NCBI GenBank assembly: GCA_032718475.1
Contig: JAUCBJ010002471.1
Span: 1-64,000, forward strand
DNA: 64,000 nucleotides
Reading direction: 5' to 3'
Origin: Nemertoderma westbladi
Lineage: Eukaryota; Animalia; Xenacoelomorpha
This document shows positions 51,591 to 63,384 of this stretch, piece by piece. Both the position numbers and the translations under genes were made by a program. Positions within the stretch are counted from its first letter, which is position 1, and each line of letters opens with the position of its first letter. Under the pieces are notes generated by a model that had not been told where the DNA came from, made no database searches, and worked only from the letters and a program-made list of their open reading frames with translations.

Positions 51591-51983
51591 TATTTTGTTG
51601 TCCTTGGCTGCTTGGAGCAGTGCAGCAGTGGAGGTGGTAGCAGGTGGAGCCTTGCTGCCTTGTGTCTTCAAAATAAAACTGTAATACTGTTATGCAGCCA
51701 GGCAGCTGTGTGTCTGTCAGTCTGTGTGTACCTGTCCTGTTTTAACAGTCTAACACTAACAGTATGAGTAGGCCTACAGTAAGTTAAATTTACTACAGTA
51801 CTTTAATAATACTGTAGGTGTAGCTGTAGTTAACTAGGTCTACCTAAATGCTAAATCCCGGACCCGTTCCGTGTCCCGGTCCTTCTGTCCTTCTGTCTCT
51901 GTCCTTACCGCAGAGCAGCAGAGTTGACGCACGACCGGCACCGGTCCGGTACCATGGTGTTACAGTAGGAACTGAATACAAAT

Positions 51984-51999
51984 TTCAAATTCCCGCCAA
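51984..51999 (-). promoter_or_regulatory. E2F site + CHR (TTGGCGGGAA-TTTGAA) in the DSCC1 promoter
   Basis: The minus strand reads attggcgggaatttgaaa, just upstream of a putative non-coding first exon (donor gtaagg at 51908, acceptor ttttgaag at 51666); E2F/CHR elements are typical of cell-cycle genes. Confidence 0.6.
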
Positions 52000-52087
52000 T
52001 TTTATGTGCTTTATTTGGCAGTGATTTTTTATGGACTTTTTTTTTACTTTTTTTGACCGTATCTTTTACGAAATTTGCTTTGCATAA

Positions 52088-52292
52088 TGCCTTTTTATAG
52101 GGTTACGTCGACAGCCGATAACCGACAGCCGATAACCGACAGCCGAAAACCGACAGCTGACATCGACAACCGACAACAGACAACCGACAGCCGACAACAG
52201 ACAACCGTCAGCTGACAGCCGACGACCGACAGCCGCGAAGCGACAATCGATATCCGACAGCCGACAGCAGACAACCGTCAGCAGACAACCGA
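52088..52292. repeat. Degenerate short-period (about 7-bp) tandem repeat (ccgacag/ccgacaa)
   Basis: cgacagccgataaccgacagccga... array. Confidence 0.8.
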
Positions 52293-53099
52293 CGTTTTTC
52301 ACTTTTCGGTCGATATATTAAATACCCTATTATATTATATATGAAGAATTTGTATTTGTTTTAAAAATATGGTGTATTTATTAAATAGAATAAAATAACC
52401 TAGCGCTGATTCAAAACCATGCAACTTTTGAACGCCCGCCTCAGCTATTTTTCAACGAAATTAAAATTGTGTTACATATTTGGAATCCTTGCATGGCTAG
52501 CTTTCTAGCAGTACCAACAAACAGCTACTGTATAAGGTAGAATAATAACTGCGGTAGGACTGGTGCAATATCGACGGAGATCCGTTTTTTAAACGCTTGT
52601 AGCTAAAGATTGAAAGCAAAAATAAAAATTCTGGCTCACCCAGTAAGTAGACGTAATTGGCGGGTTGTGGTGTTTTAGTAACAATAGTAACATGAGCATG
52701 TTATAAGCAAAGTAATCCAGTAAGAATGTGTTGGCAAGGTCGAAACGCGTACGTGGTTTGGAGAGATATGAGATATTAATTTCAAGAAAATCACGTGATT
52801 CCTAAATTTGTACACTACCCGGTTAAAAAAGTACGCATGTGATGGGATTAGTCCTACAATTGCGCCAATAAAAGATAAGTTATTTTCGGTAAAATAAACT
52901 ATCATTCGAGGTTAAGACCCCTAGATCCCTTCCTATAATAAAGTAATCCAGGGTTTAACCGTGCCAACCTGTTTCGTATGGCAGCTAGTGCTATTAAGTA
53001 AACTGACCTTTCAATTATATTGGAAGTGTAAATAAGGTTACTTACTAATTTCACTGCTACAGCATATCCTTTAATACTGTATAATGTCGTTATTCTAGT

Positions 53100-53405
53100 A
53101 CATCCCCCCCCCCCTAATTTTTCTACAAATCTTAATGAGATTGCATGAAATTTGAAACAGAGTTAGTTTCATCTCCCTCCTCCTTGCTGGGTGAGCCAGA
53201 ATTTATATTTTTGCATTCGTTCTGTAGCTAAAAGCGTTTAAAAAAGGTGTCTCCGTCAATATTGCACCAGTTACACTGCACGCACAATTCTTCAACCTCA
53301 TAGCAATGGACTACTGCCACTAAGGAGGGGGCAGATGAAACTCTGTTTCCAATTTCATGCAATCTCATTAAGATTTGTAAAACAATTTGGGGGTGGGGGG
53401 AGGGG
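53100..53405. mobile_element. Palindromic MITE of a dispersed family (related segments at about 30840-31140, 52360-52650 and 62768-63383)
   Basis: tacaaatcttaatgagattgcatgaaatt...aaacagagtt mirrored at 53338-53378; shares gcaactttcgaa...ctcagctattt and ctggctcaccca segments with the other copies. Confidence 0.65.
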
Positions 53406-53894
53406 GTGGTGGCATGTACCAAAATAACGATACTTACTGTACTATATATTCCAGGACATGGTGTATTATGGGATAGCCAGTAATCACCAAGCAACATGAC
53501 CTTCCAATAAACTCTGAAACTCTAACACTACTGCTGTGTTATGGTTAGTCAGAATTCTTCAAGTATCAATCTTATTTGGGTGTAAACGCTTGCCGACACT
53601 GTGCCGACAATGTCGGCAAAAGGTTTCCAAAAGGTTTTCAAAAGGTTGTATGCCGACAGGGTACAGATAATGTGCTGAGTGTCGGAATTACGTTGTCCCG
53701 ATATTGTCGGCGTTTCTATTACAGGACATGGTGGAACCGTATCAATAATAATAATACCTAATAAATATCAATATTACAGTACACCGACGCCTTAAGCTTG
53801 CGCGCTTTTGCGTAGTGGACCCCTACGTTTGACTCTCAGTATTATGGATGGTATCCCGGTTTGAGGGTGTCTGACATCCCAGAGCGGTAATCCG

Positions 53895-54321
53895 GTTCGC
53901 AGCAAACTTCGCCCGCGTGAAAGCTTCCCCAGCGTCCAATATTTGCCCGCAGCAATCTTCGTCCGTTGGAAACCTTTGCCCGCAGGCAATCTTCGCCCAT
54001 TAAACAATTATTGTTTTGGTTAGTCTCTCTAACCTACTCCTTTACCTCAATTGGTATCAACATCGTTTATTGTTTAGGTTAGAAAATGCCGTCTGTGTAA
54101 CCCCTTATCCTTTCCCTCAATTGGTAACAACATCGTTTTATTGTTTTGGTTAGAAAAAGCCGTATCTGTATGTGTGGCCTGATCCTTTCCCTCAATTTGT
54201 AATTAAAATTGTTACTAACACAAATCTTAATGGGCGAAGGTTGCTCGCGGGCGAAGATTGTCTTGCGGGCGAAGTTTGCCCCAGGGCGAAGGATGGACGC
54301 GGGCGAAGATTGGACCCATCC
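53895..54321. mobile_element. MULE-like MITE with (cttcgcccgc)/(gcgggcgaag) TIR arrays
   Basis: Inverted repeat arrays; imperfect TSD gtaatccgg (53887-53895) / gtaatcctg (54322-54330); the right end is ATCC. Confidence 0.7.
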
Positions 54322-54365
54322 GTAATCCTGTAGTTATAATGTAGTAGCTTATTTGTGTATTGTTA

Positions 54366-54379
54366 GTTGCCATGGTTAC
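54366..54379. promoter_or_regulatory. RFX X-box upstream of TRAF3IP1
   Basis: gttgccatggttac (reverse GTAACCATGGCAAC) fits GTNRCC(N0-3)RGYAAC; lies about 770 bp upstream of the ATG of an IFT gene, and IFT genes are canonical RFX targets. Confidence 0.6.
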
Positions 54380-55148
54380 ATGTAAATAGCATGGACAGCG
54401 CAATGTATTTTTGTTAGTTTGTGATAATGTCAGTCTACCGGTACCTCTTCTGCATACTGCTGTACTGGTGTTGTTGTACTGCTGTACTGAGCGTGCTGAA
54501 CTATACCAGTATACTGGCACTGGCCTGGCATACTGGCATAACTACTGTATAGTGCATACCATCACCATCTGCCATCACCGGTGCATTTCCCCAGTATATA
54601 AACAGATAACTGTCTGACTGTGTGTGGCGTACGTAGGCCATGCTGCCGTGGGCGTACCCGGACTCCGGACTACTGGACTAACTAACAGTCGCTTGTCTGT
54701 CTGTCGCCGAGGGAGTTACCGTGCAGCCGTGCGTATAATTAATTATCCTGTTATTGGATTATACACTACCTGACTGCAGCACTGAGTATACAGTATAGTA
54801 CGGTCCGGTCAGAGGTCAGATGGTATAAACCTAGGTCTTTTTGCGTGTATGACAGTGTACTGTGTACAGGCTGACAGGTGTAGTGTAAGCAGTAAGTGTA
54901 GGCAGTAGTGTGGAGGTGGAGGACAATTAACAAATTATTAGGTAATTCTGTAATTATTACTGTATTAGGCTGTATTTATTTTAGCTAACTACTGAACTAT
55001 TCCCTACTGGCTGACTGGTACACGGTACCTTCTCTCAAATTGGTCGATATACCACGCTGCCACGTGTATACTAGGTGCTAGCTAGGTGCTAGGGTACATG
55101 GTATTTGGAGGCACCGGGTTCGGGGCCCTAAACATCACATACAACATC

Positions 55149-56606
55149 ATGGCTACAATTGATCCGAAGATACTGAAAAAGACGCAGGATTTATTAAAGC
55201 CGTACGTTAAGAAACCACCGCTAACAGATAAATTGTTGAGTAAGCCACCTTTTAGATTTCTCCATGACATCATCACCGCTGTAATCAACCAACATGGTTT
55301 CTTCGAAGGGCTTTACCTCGGCGACCAACTCCAGTCAGCCAACGTCACAGAAAAGGACGCGAAGATCGACTTCCTACAGAAAGCAATCCGGGTAACCGAG
55401 ATAGTCTCAGGGGACAAACTCTCCACAGTCAGTCCGGCAAAAATAGTTTCTGGTAAAGAGCCGGAGAAAACAAACGAGTGGTTGCAATCACTCGGGAAGT
55501 CCTTGAAGAAAGGGTTGAAGAGTAGCAGCGCCGTGGAGACCGTGCTGAAGGGCGGAAAAGGTAAACCGGGTAAACAATCGAGTGGAGGGTCGAGTAAACG
55601 TGAAGGTAAACCGTCGTCGGCCGGAACGGGGGAGGTGCCCGCAGCCCCGGAACGCCCAGCGGCGGAACCAGAAGCTCCGATGGTGGAACCGCAGCCCCCG
55701 GTTGCGGTGGACACTGAGCCTCCGGTGATGGGGGAACCGGAGCCTCCAGCGGTTGTCGTGTCACCGGAGGGGCGTCAGATGGAGGAGCTGGAGGAGCCGG
55801 CGCCCCGGATGGCGCGTCCGACATCGGCAAAGGGGCCACGGAGGAAACCGAGTGCGGACGATATCGCCGCGGTGACAATCCGACAACCAGAGAGCGAGCC
55901 AACGCGACTCGCCGGCTCCCGACCGCCCTCATCGCGCCCCGGAGCGCCCAGGGCTCGGAAGTCCGCCGATGACTTGGGCGTTGATCAGTCCAGCGCCCTC
56001 GACGCTCAGGGCACCGCCCCCAGCGGGCTGATAATCGACCGGAACGAACCGGATTCCGACGACGATAACTTTATCGTTCAGGATCGCCCGGAACTTCCGG
56101 ACGACGATATTCCGTCGATGACCGGCGGCGAGGATCTCGACGACGCAACGGACCACGGTGGGCTGGTCCGGAAGATTCTCGAAACAAAGAAAGAGTTGGA
56201 GGGTTCGAAACAACCGGATAAACCGTTGGTTAATGAGGCGCACCGGAGGAAGGAACGCGAGATGGTTAAACGGGAGATCGATAAACTGCAGACGGCGATC
56301 CAGACACTGTGTCGGTCCGCGAACCCGTTGGGGAAGGTTATCGATTACCTTCAGGAAGATGTCGATTCCATGCTGAAGGAACTGGAGGACTGGAAGGCTG
56401 AGAACCACGAGACGGGATTGGCGTTGCGAAGGGAACAGGGGGTTACAGACTCTCAGATCGAACCGCTGCAGCAGGAGTTGGAGAACCTCGACATCGAGAT
56501 CTCCAGACAACTCGAGCTCATCTCCGCGGCTAAAGCTAATATATTGCGCAATGACGAGCGAATAGAAAAGATGATTAGCAGTATTAGCTTCTCGGCGAAA
56601 GCATAA
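55149..56606 (+). CDS. TRAF3IP1: TRAF3-interacting protein 1 / IFT54 (MIP-T3), 485 aa, intronless CDS
   Basis: N-terminal CH domain KKTQDLL...KKPPLTDKLLSKPPFRFLHDII, KDAKIDFLQK and PAKIVSGKEPEKTNEWLQ; C-terminal HGGLVRKILETKKE and IQTLCRSANPLGKVIDYLQEDVDSM coiled coil. ATG in catcATGg context. Confidence 0.97.
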   Translation: MATIDPKILKKTQDLLKPYVKKPPLTDKLLSKPPFRFLHDIITAVINQHGFFEGLYLGDQLQSANVTEKDAKIDFLQKAIRVTEIVSGDKLSTVSPAKIVSGKEPEKTNEWLQSLGKSLKKGLKSSSAVETVLKGGKGKPGKQSSGGSSKREGKPSSAGTGEVPAAPERPAAEPEAPMVEPQPPVAVDTEPPVMGEPEPPAVVVSPEGRQMEELEEPAPRMARPTSAKGPRRKPSADDIAAVTIRQPESEPTRLAGSRPPSSRPGAPRARKSADDLGVDQSSALDAQGTAPSGLIIDRNEPDSDDDNFIVQDRPELPDDDIPSMTGGEDLDDATDHGGLVRKILETKKELEGSKQPDKPLVNEAHRRKEREMVKREIDKLQTAIQTLCRSANPLGKVIDYLQEDVDSMLKELEDWKAENHETGLALRREQGVTDSQIEPLQQELENLDIEISRQLELISAAKANILRNDERIEKMISSISFSAKA

Positions 56607-57835
56607 ATATTGGCTCCCAACCTAAACTGCGCTCACTAATTATCTCACTATTTCGGCCTCTATATTCGTAACTGTGACTTTCGTTTCAATAATTCATAAC
56701 TTTAGCACCGTTTCAACTTAGATGCTCAAAATAAATCAGTATCGACTACGTTTAGACGTAAAATACAAAATTTCACACAAATTGGTATGTCACAAATTTA
56801 TTATTGTAATAATCTATATCGTATTGTATTTGAATTTTAGTATGTCTCGTTTTCGTGGCTAATTTCAAAGTATTAGACTGGTTATCAGAGCAAACCAACA
56901 GTATAGCCAAATATACTAATCAAAGTTAGTAACTATCAGTTTAATTATTTAAGTATAATTTAAGTATTCTATTTTTGTGTTTTTATATAACGCAATTTGT
57001 ATTATTCATTAAGAATATTACATATCGACTAGTTATTTAATTAGAATATATTGTAAATAATTCCTACATCCATTGTTGCACTGTAAATAACAAAATGTAA
57101 GTAACAATTAATAGTCGTCGTTAATAATAACATCTGTAAATATTGTTGAAGTCTTTCAAATATAATCACATTATTCGCGAAATGTTAACTGTGCCGTGTG
57201 TTTGCATTTTATCTGTTTTGTAAAGTAATTGTTATTATTAATTATTCGTATTATTCCATGAGTACTAAATAAATAGTAAGTACACAAGTACACCTTTACA
57301 GCCAAAATAATTCAGTGCACCTGTATTATTGCTACTAGGCCCTACATAGCGAAAAATACACAGATGTCGGCGGAATACACTTGACGCCTTTGGCGCAACT
57401 GGCCAAAAAATGTAATCGCAATCTTAATGGAAGATAATTGCCGATTACGACCAAAAGATGAAACTCACTGACATCCGTTTATTGTTTTGTTAGAATAACG
57501 TGCTCCTTTTACTTAATTTTTAGTCAAAATAGTTAATAGGCTGAAAACGAGATATTAATTTACCGAGAATAAATTGCTCATTGATCCCCGGTTGCTCATT
57601 GGAATCATCAAAAACATTAATTCGGGAATTAATGAAAACTATTAATTCTTCATTATTCATCTTAACATTAATTGTAGTAGTAGAATGGTTTGGTACCTAT
57701 TAAGGATTTGCGGGTTCTAGTCGGAGCCGGAACTGGAATTCAAAATGCCGGAATATTCCGACCGGAACCGGAATAGATATGTATATTTGGATAGTCTACA
57801 TATCTAAGATATTTGTATCTTCGTATGCCTTGTGT

Positions 57836-58902
57836 GGGGCGAGCGACGAAAGTAAGCGAGCTTAGCATACAGGTACCACTAACTCAATCGGTGTGTCTGT
57901 TGCTCTGTTGTGTCCAATTTTAAACGTTAATAACTCAGCCAAATGTTAATGAAATTTAACCAAACTTGGTACTTATGTAGTCTGGCAAAAGTTTAGAAAT
58001 TTTCCAAGTTGAATTTGCGTGGGATCTTCGTGCAGCATCTGTGTAACTGTCTTGCAGTTATAATAAATTTATTTATCCAAAAATTATTAGGCTTGGCATC
58101 AGCTGGTTGCTGGGAGACTGCAGGATATCAAGTGGGTTTGAAATTCAGCAATACCGGTACAATGCAGCAATTAATAATGTGGCCTTGGAAAGTGTGGTAG
58201 GCCTATTTCACTTTCTTCAGCCATTCCAGCATTCCCAGGTTGCAGAGTATTCAGTTATTCGCGACTATTCAGCCATATCATGTACCGGTAGGCCTACGGT
58301 ACCTTAATCTTATTAAACATATGTTTTGCAGTACGGTACTCATACTGTTACAGTGGTACCGAGTTACCGGTACCGTCTTCAGGGCGTTGACGCCACCCAC
58401 CAATCGGCTCCATGCAGCCATGGAAGTTTTGAAATTATGCGGACTTAAGACTGACTGCATATTGCCAGGTTGTACCAGTTGACCTTTATTCCATGTTCCG
58501 GTATCCACTACTGCAGCAGATGATACCCAGCAACGTTTTGGAATTGTACCGGTACTCAAACAACTCGCCATCAAGGCCACCGTCTCTGTCTGTCGCAGTG
58601 TCGTTGGCGACCTCAACTTTAGGTAGGCCTACCGCTACTACGCTAGCGCTACGGGCAAACTGTACTAACCGATGAGCGAGACCCGATGACTGAAGAATGC
58701 ATTGAATTTTTTAAGTAGTTTGGCTGTGGACTTCTATGACATCGATGCCAAGCTGCCGATGCGAAAGTTATAAGTAAAAGTTTGGTTAAATTTTCTTAAT
58801 TATTTATTTAAATTTCTTAAGTACCGATTTTTGGATAGAATTGCTCAATTGTAATCTGTATCTAATAACTGACCCTCGTCCTGCGCACTGGCCCCACGAA
58901 CG
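57836..58902 (+). mobile_element. Second copy of the TGT-flanked GGGGC...GCCCCACGAACG element
   Basis: tgt at 57833-57835 and 58903-58905; 5' and 3' ends homologous to 11499-12581, middle divergent. Confidence 0.72.
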
Positions 58903-60839
58903 TGTCTTTATCTGCGGAGCGAAGCTGGTTACGAAGCGGGAGACTGGGAGAGCCTTACCGAAGAATAATGTTACTTTCTATCTTTACATACTGTACTTTA
59001 CATTTTTACATTGCAATAATTATTTAATGTCACATTACAATTACCGTTCTAGTACGCCTATAAAAAAGAGTTACTAAAGATACAAGAAAAAATGGTCAAT
59101 GTTGATCCTTAACATACATAGTACCCCACTATACCCCATGGTCTTGTAGAATATTATTATTTATTTATTTATTTGGTATAAACTAATATTCCAGAAGTCC
59201 ATGAATACCCCTTCCCCACTTAAATTTTCAATAAATATTAATGAGATTGTATGAAATTTGAAACAGATATAGACAGTTAAAACAACACATACCGCACTTA
59301 TTCGAAGCAAAAGAACCCACACCACACAATGGAATGTAAGGCAACTCCTGTAAATTATAAACGAATCAAAAGAAGCCAAATTATTCTGGAATATGTATTT
59401 AAGTTAGCGGTAAAGTTGATTAATATGAACTATAATAATATGAATGATATGAACTAATAAGTACTTCCAGACGCGATGTAAGTGGTAATGTAGTAATGTA
59501 AGATTACCGGAAAACAAGTCATCGAAAATGATCCTTTAGTCATAATCTATTTTATTTTCAAATAATGTTAGCATTGAATCAAACCTATATTAATATTAAT
59601 ATAATTACTTATTTTAAAATTAGTTTTAACGGAGTAGGCCTACAGTAGGGCTATTTATAGAAATTACAATTTAAATCACATGTGCTCAATTGTGAATTCA
59701 AATCAATTGTGAATTGGAGTATGTTGATAACTTGGAGTTTACAGAGTTAAATTATATTCCATCATCTAGTTCTAGTGACGATGAAGATGATCCTAGTCCA
59801 AATTTGTCTAGGCCCTAGACTCTAGGGATGATGTCATTCCAGTCAATAGCACTGACGTCGTAGGGAATATGAAGTAGCCTTGCAAGGGGCGACAAATATA
59901 CAACAGAGCAGCATGGAAATGTTATGCACTTAAGTCCGTTCGCGACATTTAAATATATATCATACTATACCAAGAAAAACACCATTCAATAGTCGAGGAA
60001 TGATGTGAGTTGTTCTGTTTCTGTGATAAAATCCTAGAGGTAAAACAACACACACAGACTAGAGTTAATGTTAAATTTCAGTATGTGTTGTTTTGCCTCT
60101 TTGGAAAATAACGAAATAAACAGTTTTTTTCATTAACAAAAATTATTCTGAATGGTAGCCACTATTCTATAATTTATCATTGTTTCTTCCCAGACCTCTG
60201 CGAAAAAATTAGGAGACGGGATCCACATAGAGGGAAATGAGAATGTTTTTTGAATTTTTCTCGAAACCACATTTTTTGGTGAATGTTGTTCCGGTCTCAA
60301 GAGGTCACGATATATAAGTTGCTCGTTAACTTTTCGCTAAGTCCATAAGCAGCTCATGTGTAGGTTTGTAGGCCTACTGTAATTTGCTGGCCCTGGACCC
60401 TGGTCTTTGCTGATTCCACAGGATGAGCTTTTGTACAGGTTCATTGAGTATGCGAAGACGCTGTTCAGTAAGTTCGGACAACGCCTCTTCCTTGGATTCT
60501 AGGCTGGAATCGATATCATTGTACCGGAACTCCACCGAAGATCTCATGATAATTGTATTCAGGTCAATGTTGAAGGAAAGTCTGACACGAAGTCACGCGT
60601 TATAATTATCTTAATTACCTGTACAATTGGACAGCTCAAAATTCCTGGAAATTCGACGCAAATAACAGGAACAGCTGATTACTCCCAAAAACAAAACTGT
60701 AACTGTAACTGTAACTATTGACTTTCGTATAATGTTTTTGTTAGAATAATGTGCCTATCGTGCCATTATTGGCTGGATCGCAGAGGTCCACCAGCATTGC
60801 AAGTCTTAGGAAAATTAAAGGTCAGTTGCCGCTCAAAAC

Positions 60840-61817
60840 GAAAATCCAATTATAATAAAACCTTTGTTCTCCCTTACCATCATTATTGCTGTCAATTCCT
60901 AATATCTCACCATAATGTTCATGGATTTAAAGACATATTATATAAATTAGATAAAATTCAGAATTACGGTCTACGATGTACCTTTAATAAACGATGCAAA
61001 GACGTAACGGCAACTGACCTCAGAACCAAATCGAAAATACCCCTACTATCTGCTTTCCGTGAATATTACGGTCTCCTATTTTTCTATAAATATATCTACA
61101 ATATATCTGCCCCTTTTAAAAAATCTTGATCTCCCACTGCTCCCAAGAAACACCCAGATCTTAAATAGACGCACATACAAAATCCGCTTACCTAGATGCC
61201 ACAACCAATTTGGACATTACAGTCTCACTACACAGCTACTTAAACTATGGAACAAACTACCCATTCATATTAGACAAACAAACACTTTACAACATTTTAA
61301 ACTTAAATTAAAGGGTCTATTACTCAAAAGATTTACTCGCGAGGAGGTCACATAGAGGAAGCTCAATTACCACACCTCTAACACCATTTACTTTTCCCGT
61401 ATACAGTATTACACTACTCAAGTTGCATGGCCCTTACGTATGTGTGTAAACTGTTTGTGTTTGTGTGGTATGTATGTATTCTAATATTAGGTGGGGGGGG
61501 GGGGGGGGGGGGGGGGGGGGTGCGTGGTGAGGAGCGGGAGGAGGCGTATAATTTTAGCTACGTGGTGTATGGATTGGGATTGCTTGTTCAAATTTTTTAT
61601 ATTTTAATTATTTACCGGTTATGTATGTAGACATTTACTAATATCGTCGCGTACTTAAGCGATGATATAGTGTTTAATTTTGCTGGTTACCGGTGAAATA
61701 CTGTAGACACCTTTACATATAATTTCCTTAATTATAAGTCCCTACCTTGTGTAGAGACTTCCCCATTCGTGCAATCACTATGGGTACCAAAGGAATAATA
61801 ATAATAATAAAAAAAAA
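60840..61817 (+). mobile_element. CR1/L2-type LINE 3' end with (AAT)n/poly(A) tail
   Basis: YNKTFVLPYHHYC...LYKLDKIQNYGLRCTF and LWNKLPIHIRQ...FKLKLK motifs; tail aataataataataataaaaaaaaa at about 61794-61817. Confidence 0.75.
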
Positions 61818-62767
61818 GTCGGTTGAAATTATTCAATTATGTTGCCAATACATTCATGTATTATATGATACCGTATGCGGAAAGGGGTAATTTATAAATT
61901 ATTATATGATACCGTATGCGAAAAGGGGTAATTTATAAATTTAACAGTGAGATGAGCGACCTATTGATTTGCGTTCATCCCCCCAGCCACTATTGTCTCA
62001 ATTTTTAAACACGAGTGTCCAAATTATTTCCATAAATATCACTCAGATTACAAAATGCTTTGATTGTAAAAGTTGCTCCACTTTTTTTATTAGCAGTTAT
62101 CAATAAGTCATACCTGATCGATTTTGCCTCTTCCCATCTCGTTGAAGCATATCATTCAAATTGTCCCAGAATAATCAAACTATTATACTCACAATTTTCC
62201 ATTTCCATTTTTGTAAATTTAACTCTAAAAGATACCATATTCAAACAATTACCTATTCCAATATTAAGCCTTTAAATACTTAACCTTACTTCGTCTGCTG
62301 AAGCACTTCTTGAATTGGAAAAATTCGAGAGGAAAGTTTTAAGGCATTTCAAACGCCTATCTGTTTAGTAGCCAATCTGTATTGATTAAAAACACCATGT
62401 GAACCTACCACACCCAGCTGTTAATATCGCCGGTGTGTTACCAATGACAGTTATAAGTATAGCAGAGCAACTGAGGGGATAATTAATTTCTGAAAAATTG
62501 AGTTCCAGTGTTTATAACTCCATTGCAACGTTTTTAATTTGAGTTACTAATTTAGAAAATTCCGTTTCGAACTACAATGTCTTCAAAAAAAACGTGCTGT
62601 CATAAACATTCTTTCTTGTAAATTTTAGTAGACTGTTAACGACCACTCACAGTGAAAACTACAAGTTTTAATAAATGATTGCAAACAAGGCCAACAGAAA
62701 TACACCATGTCGCACAATATACAGTGGTGTCGTAATTCAATGACACGATGACATTTTTCTATTTTGA

Positions 62768-63248
62768 CGCAGTTATTCTTCAACCTTATAGTGATTAGTT
62801 GGTACTAGTGGAAAGCTGGCCATGCCAAGGATTCCAAAGATGTAAACATATCTGAATTTGGTTGGGAAATAGCTGAAATATGGGCATTCGAATGTTCCAA
62901 GTATTTGCTTCCGCTGCGGGGCGTTTATTCTATTTAATAAATACACAATGTTCTAGAACATTTCAATTATGTATGTACTACAACTAGGAATATCCATATA
63001 CTAGATTATCATGTAGGCATTGCCTTGTTGCCAAGCTACTTATGAGATAAACAAAACGTTCTAGAACATTGTGTATTTATTAAATAGAATAAACACCCCG
63101 CAGCGGAAGCAAATACATGCAACTTTCGAATGCCCATATCTCAGCTATTTCCCAACCAAATTCAAATATTTTTATATATTTGGAATCCTTTCATGGCCAG
63201 CTTTCCAATAGTACCAACAAATCACAATAAGGTTGAAGAATAACTGCG
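62768..63248. repeat. Imperfect palindrome of about 480 bp (dispersed foldback family)
   Basis: cgcagttattcttcaaccttat...gttctagaac mirrored by gttctagaac...ataaggttgaagaataactgcg. Confidence 0.88.
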
Positions 63249-63384
63249 GTGTAACTGGTGTATTATCGACGGAGACACTTTTTTAAACACTTGTAGCTAT
63301 AGATTGAAAGCAAAAATAAAAATTCTGGCTCACCCAGACAGTGGTCGGGAGGTGAAACTATCTCTGTTTCAAACTTCATGCAAT

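Noticed and set aside
55313-56510. Antisense ORFs of 133-193 aa
   Set aside because: Shadows of the GC-rich TRAF3IP1 CDS.
58278-60605. Possible transposase relics (KVEVANDTA at about 58600 on -, YIPSSSSSDDEDD...WKCYALK at about 59750-59945 on +) and a short open frame at about 60400-60590 on -
   Set aside because: Only short motif-level resemblance, with no TIR/TSD support.
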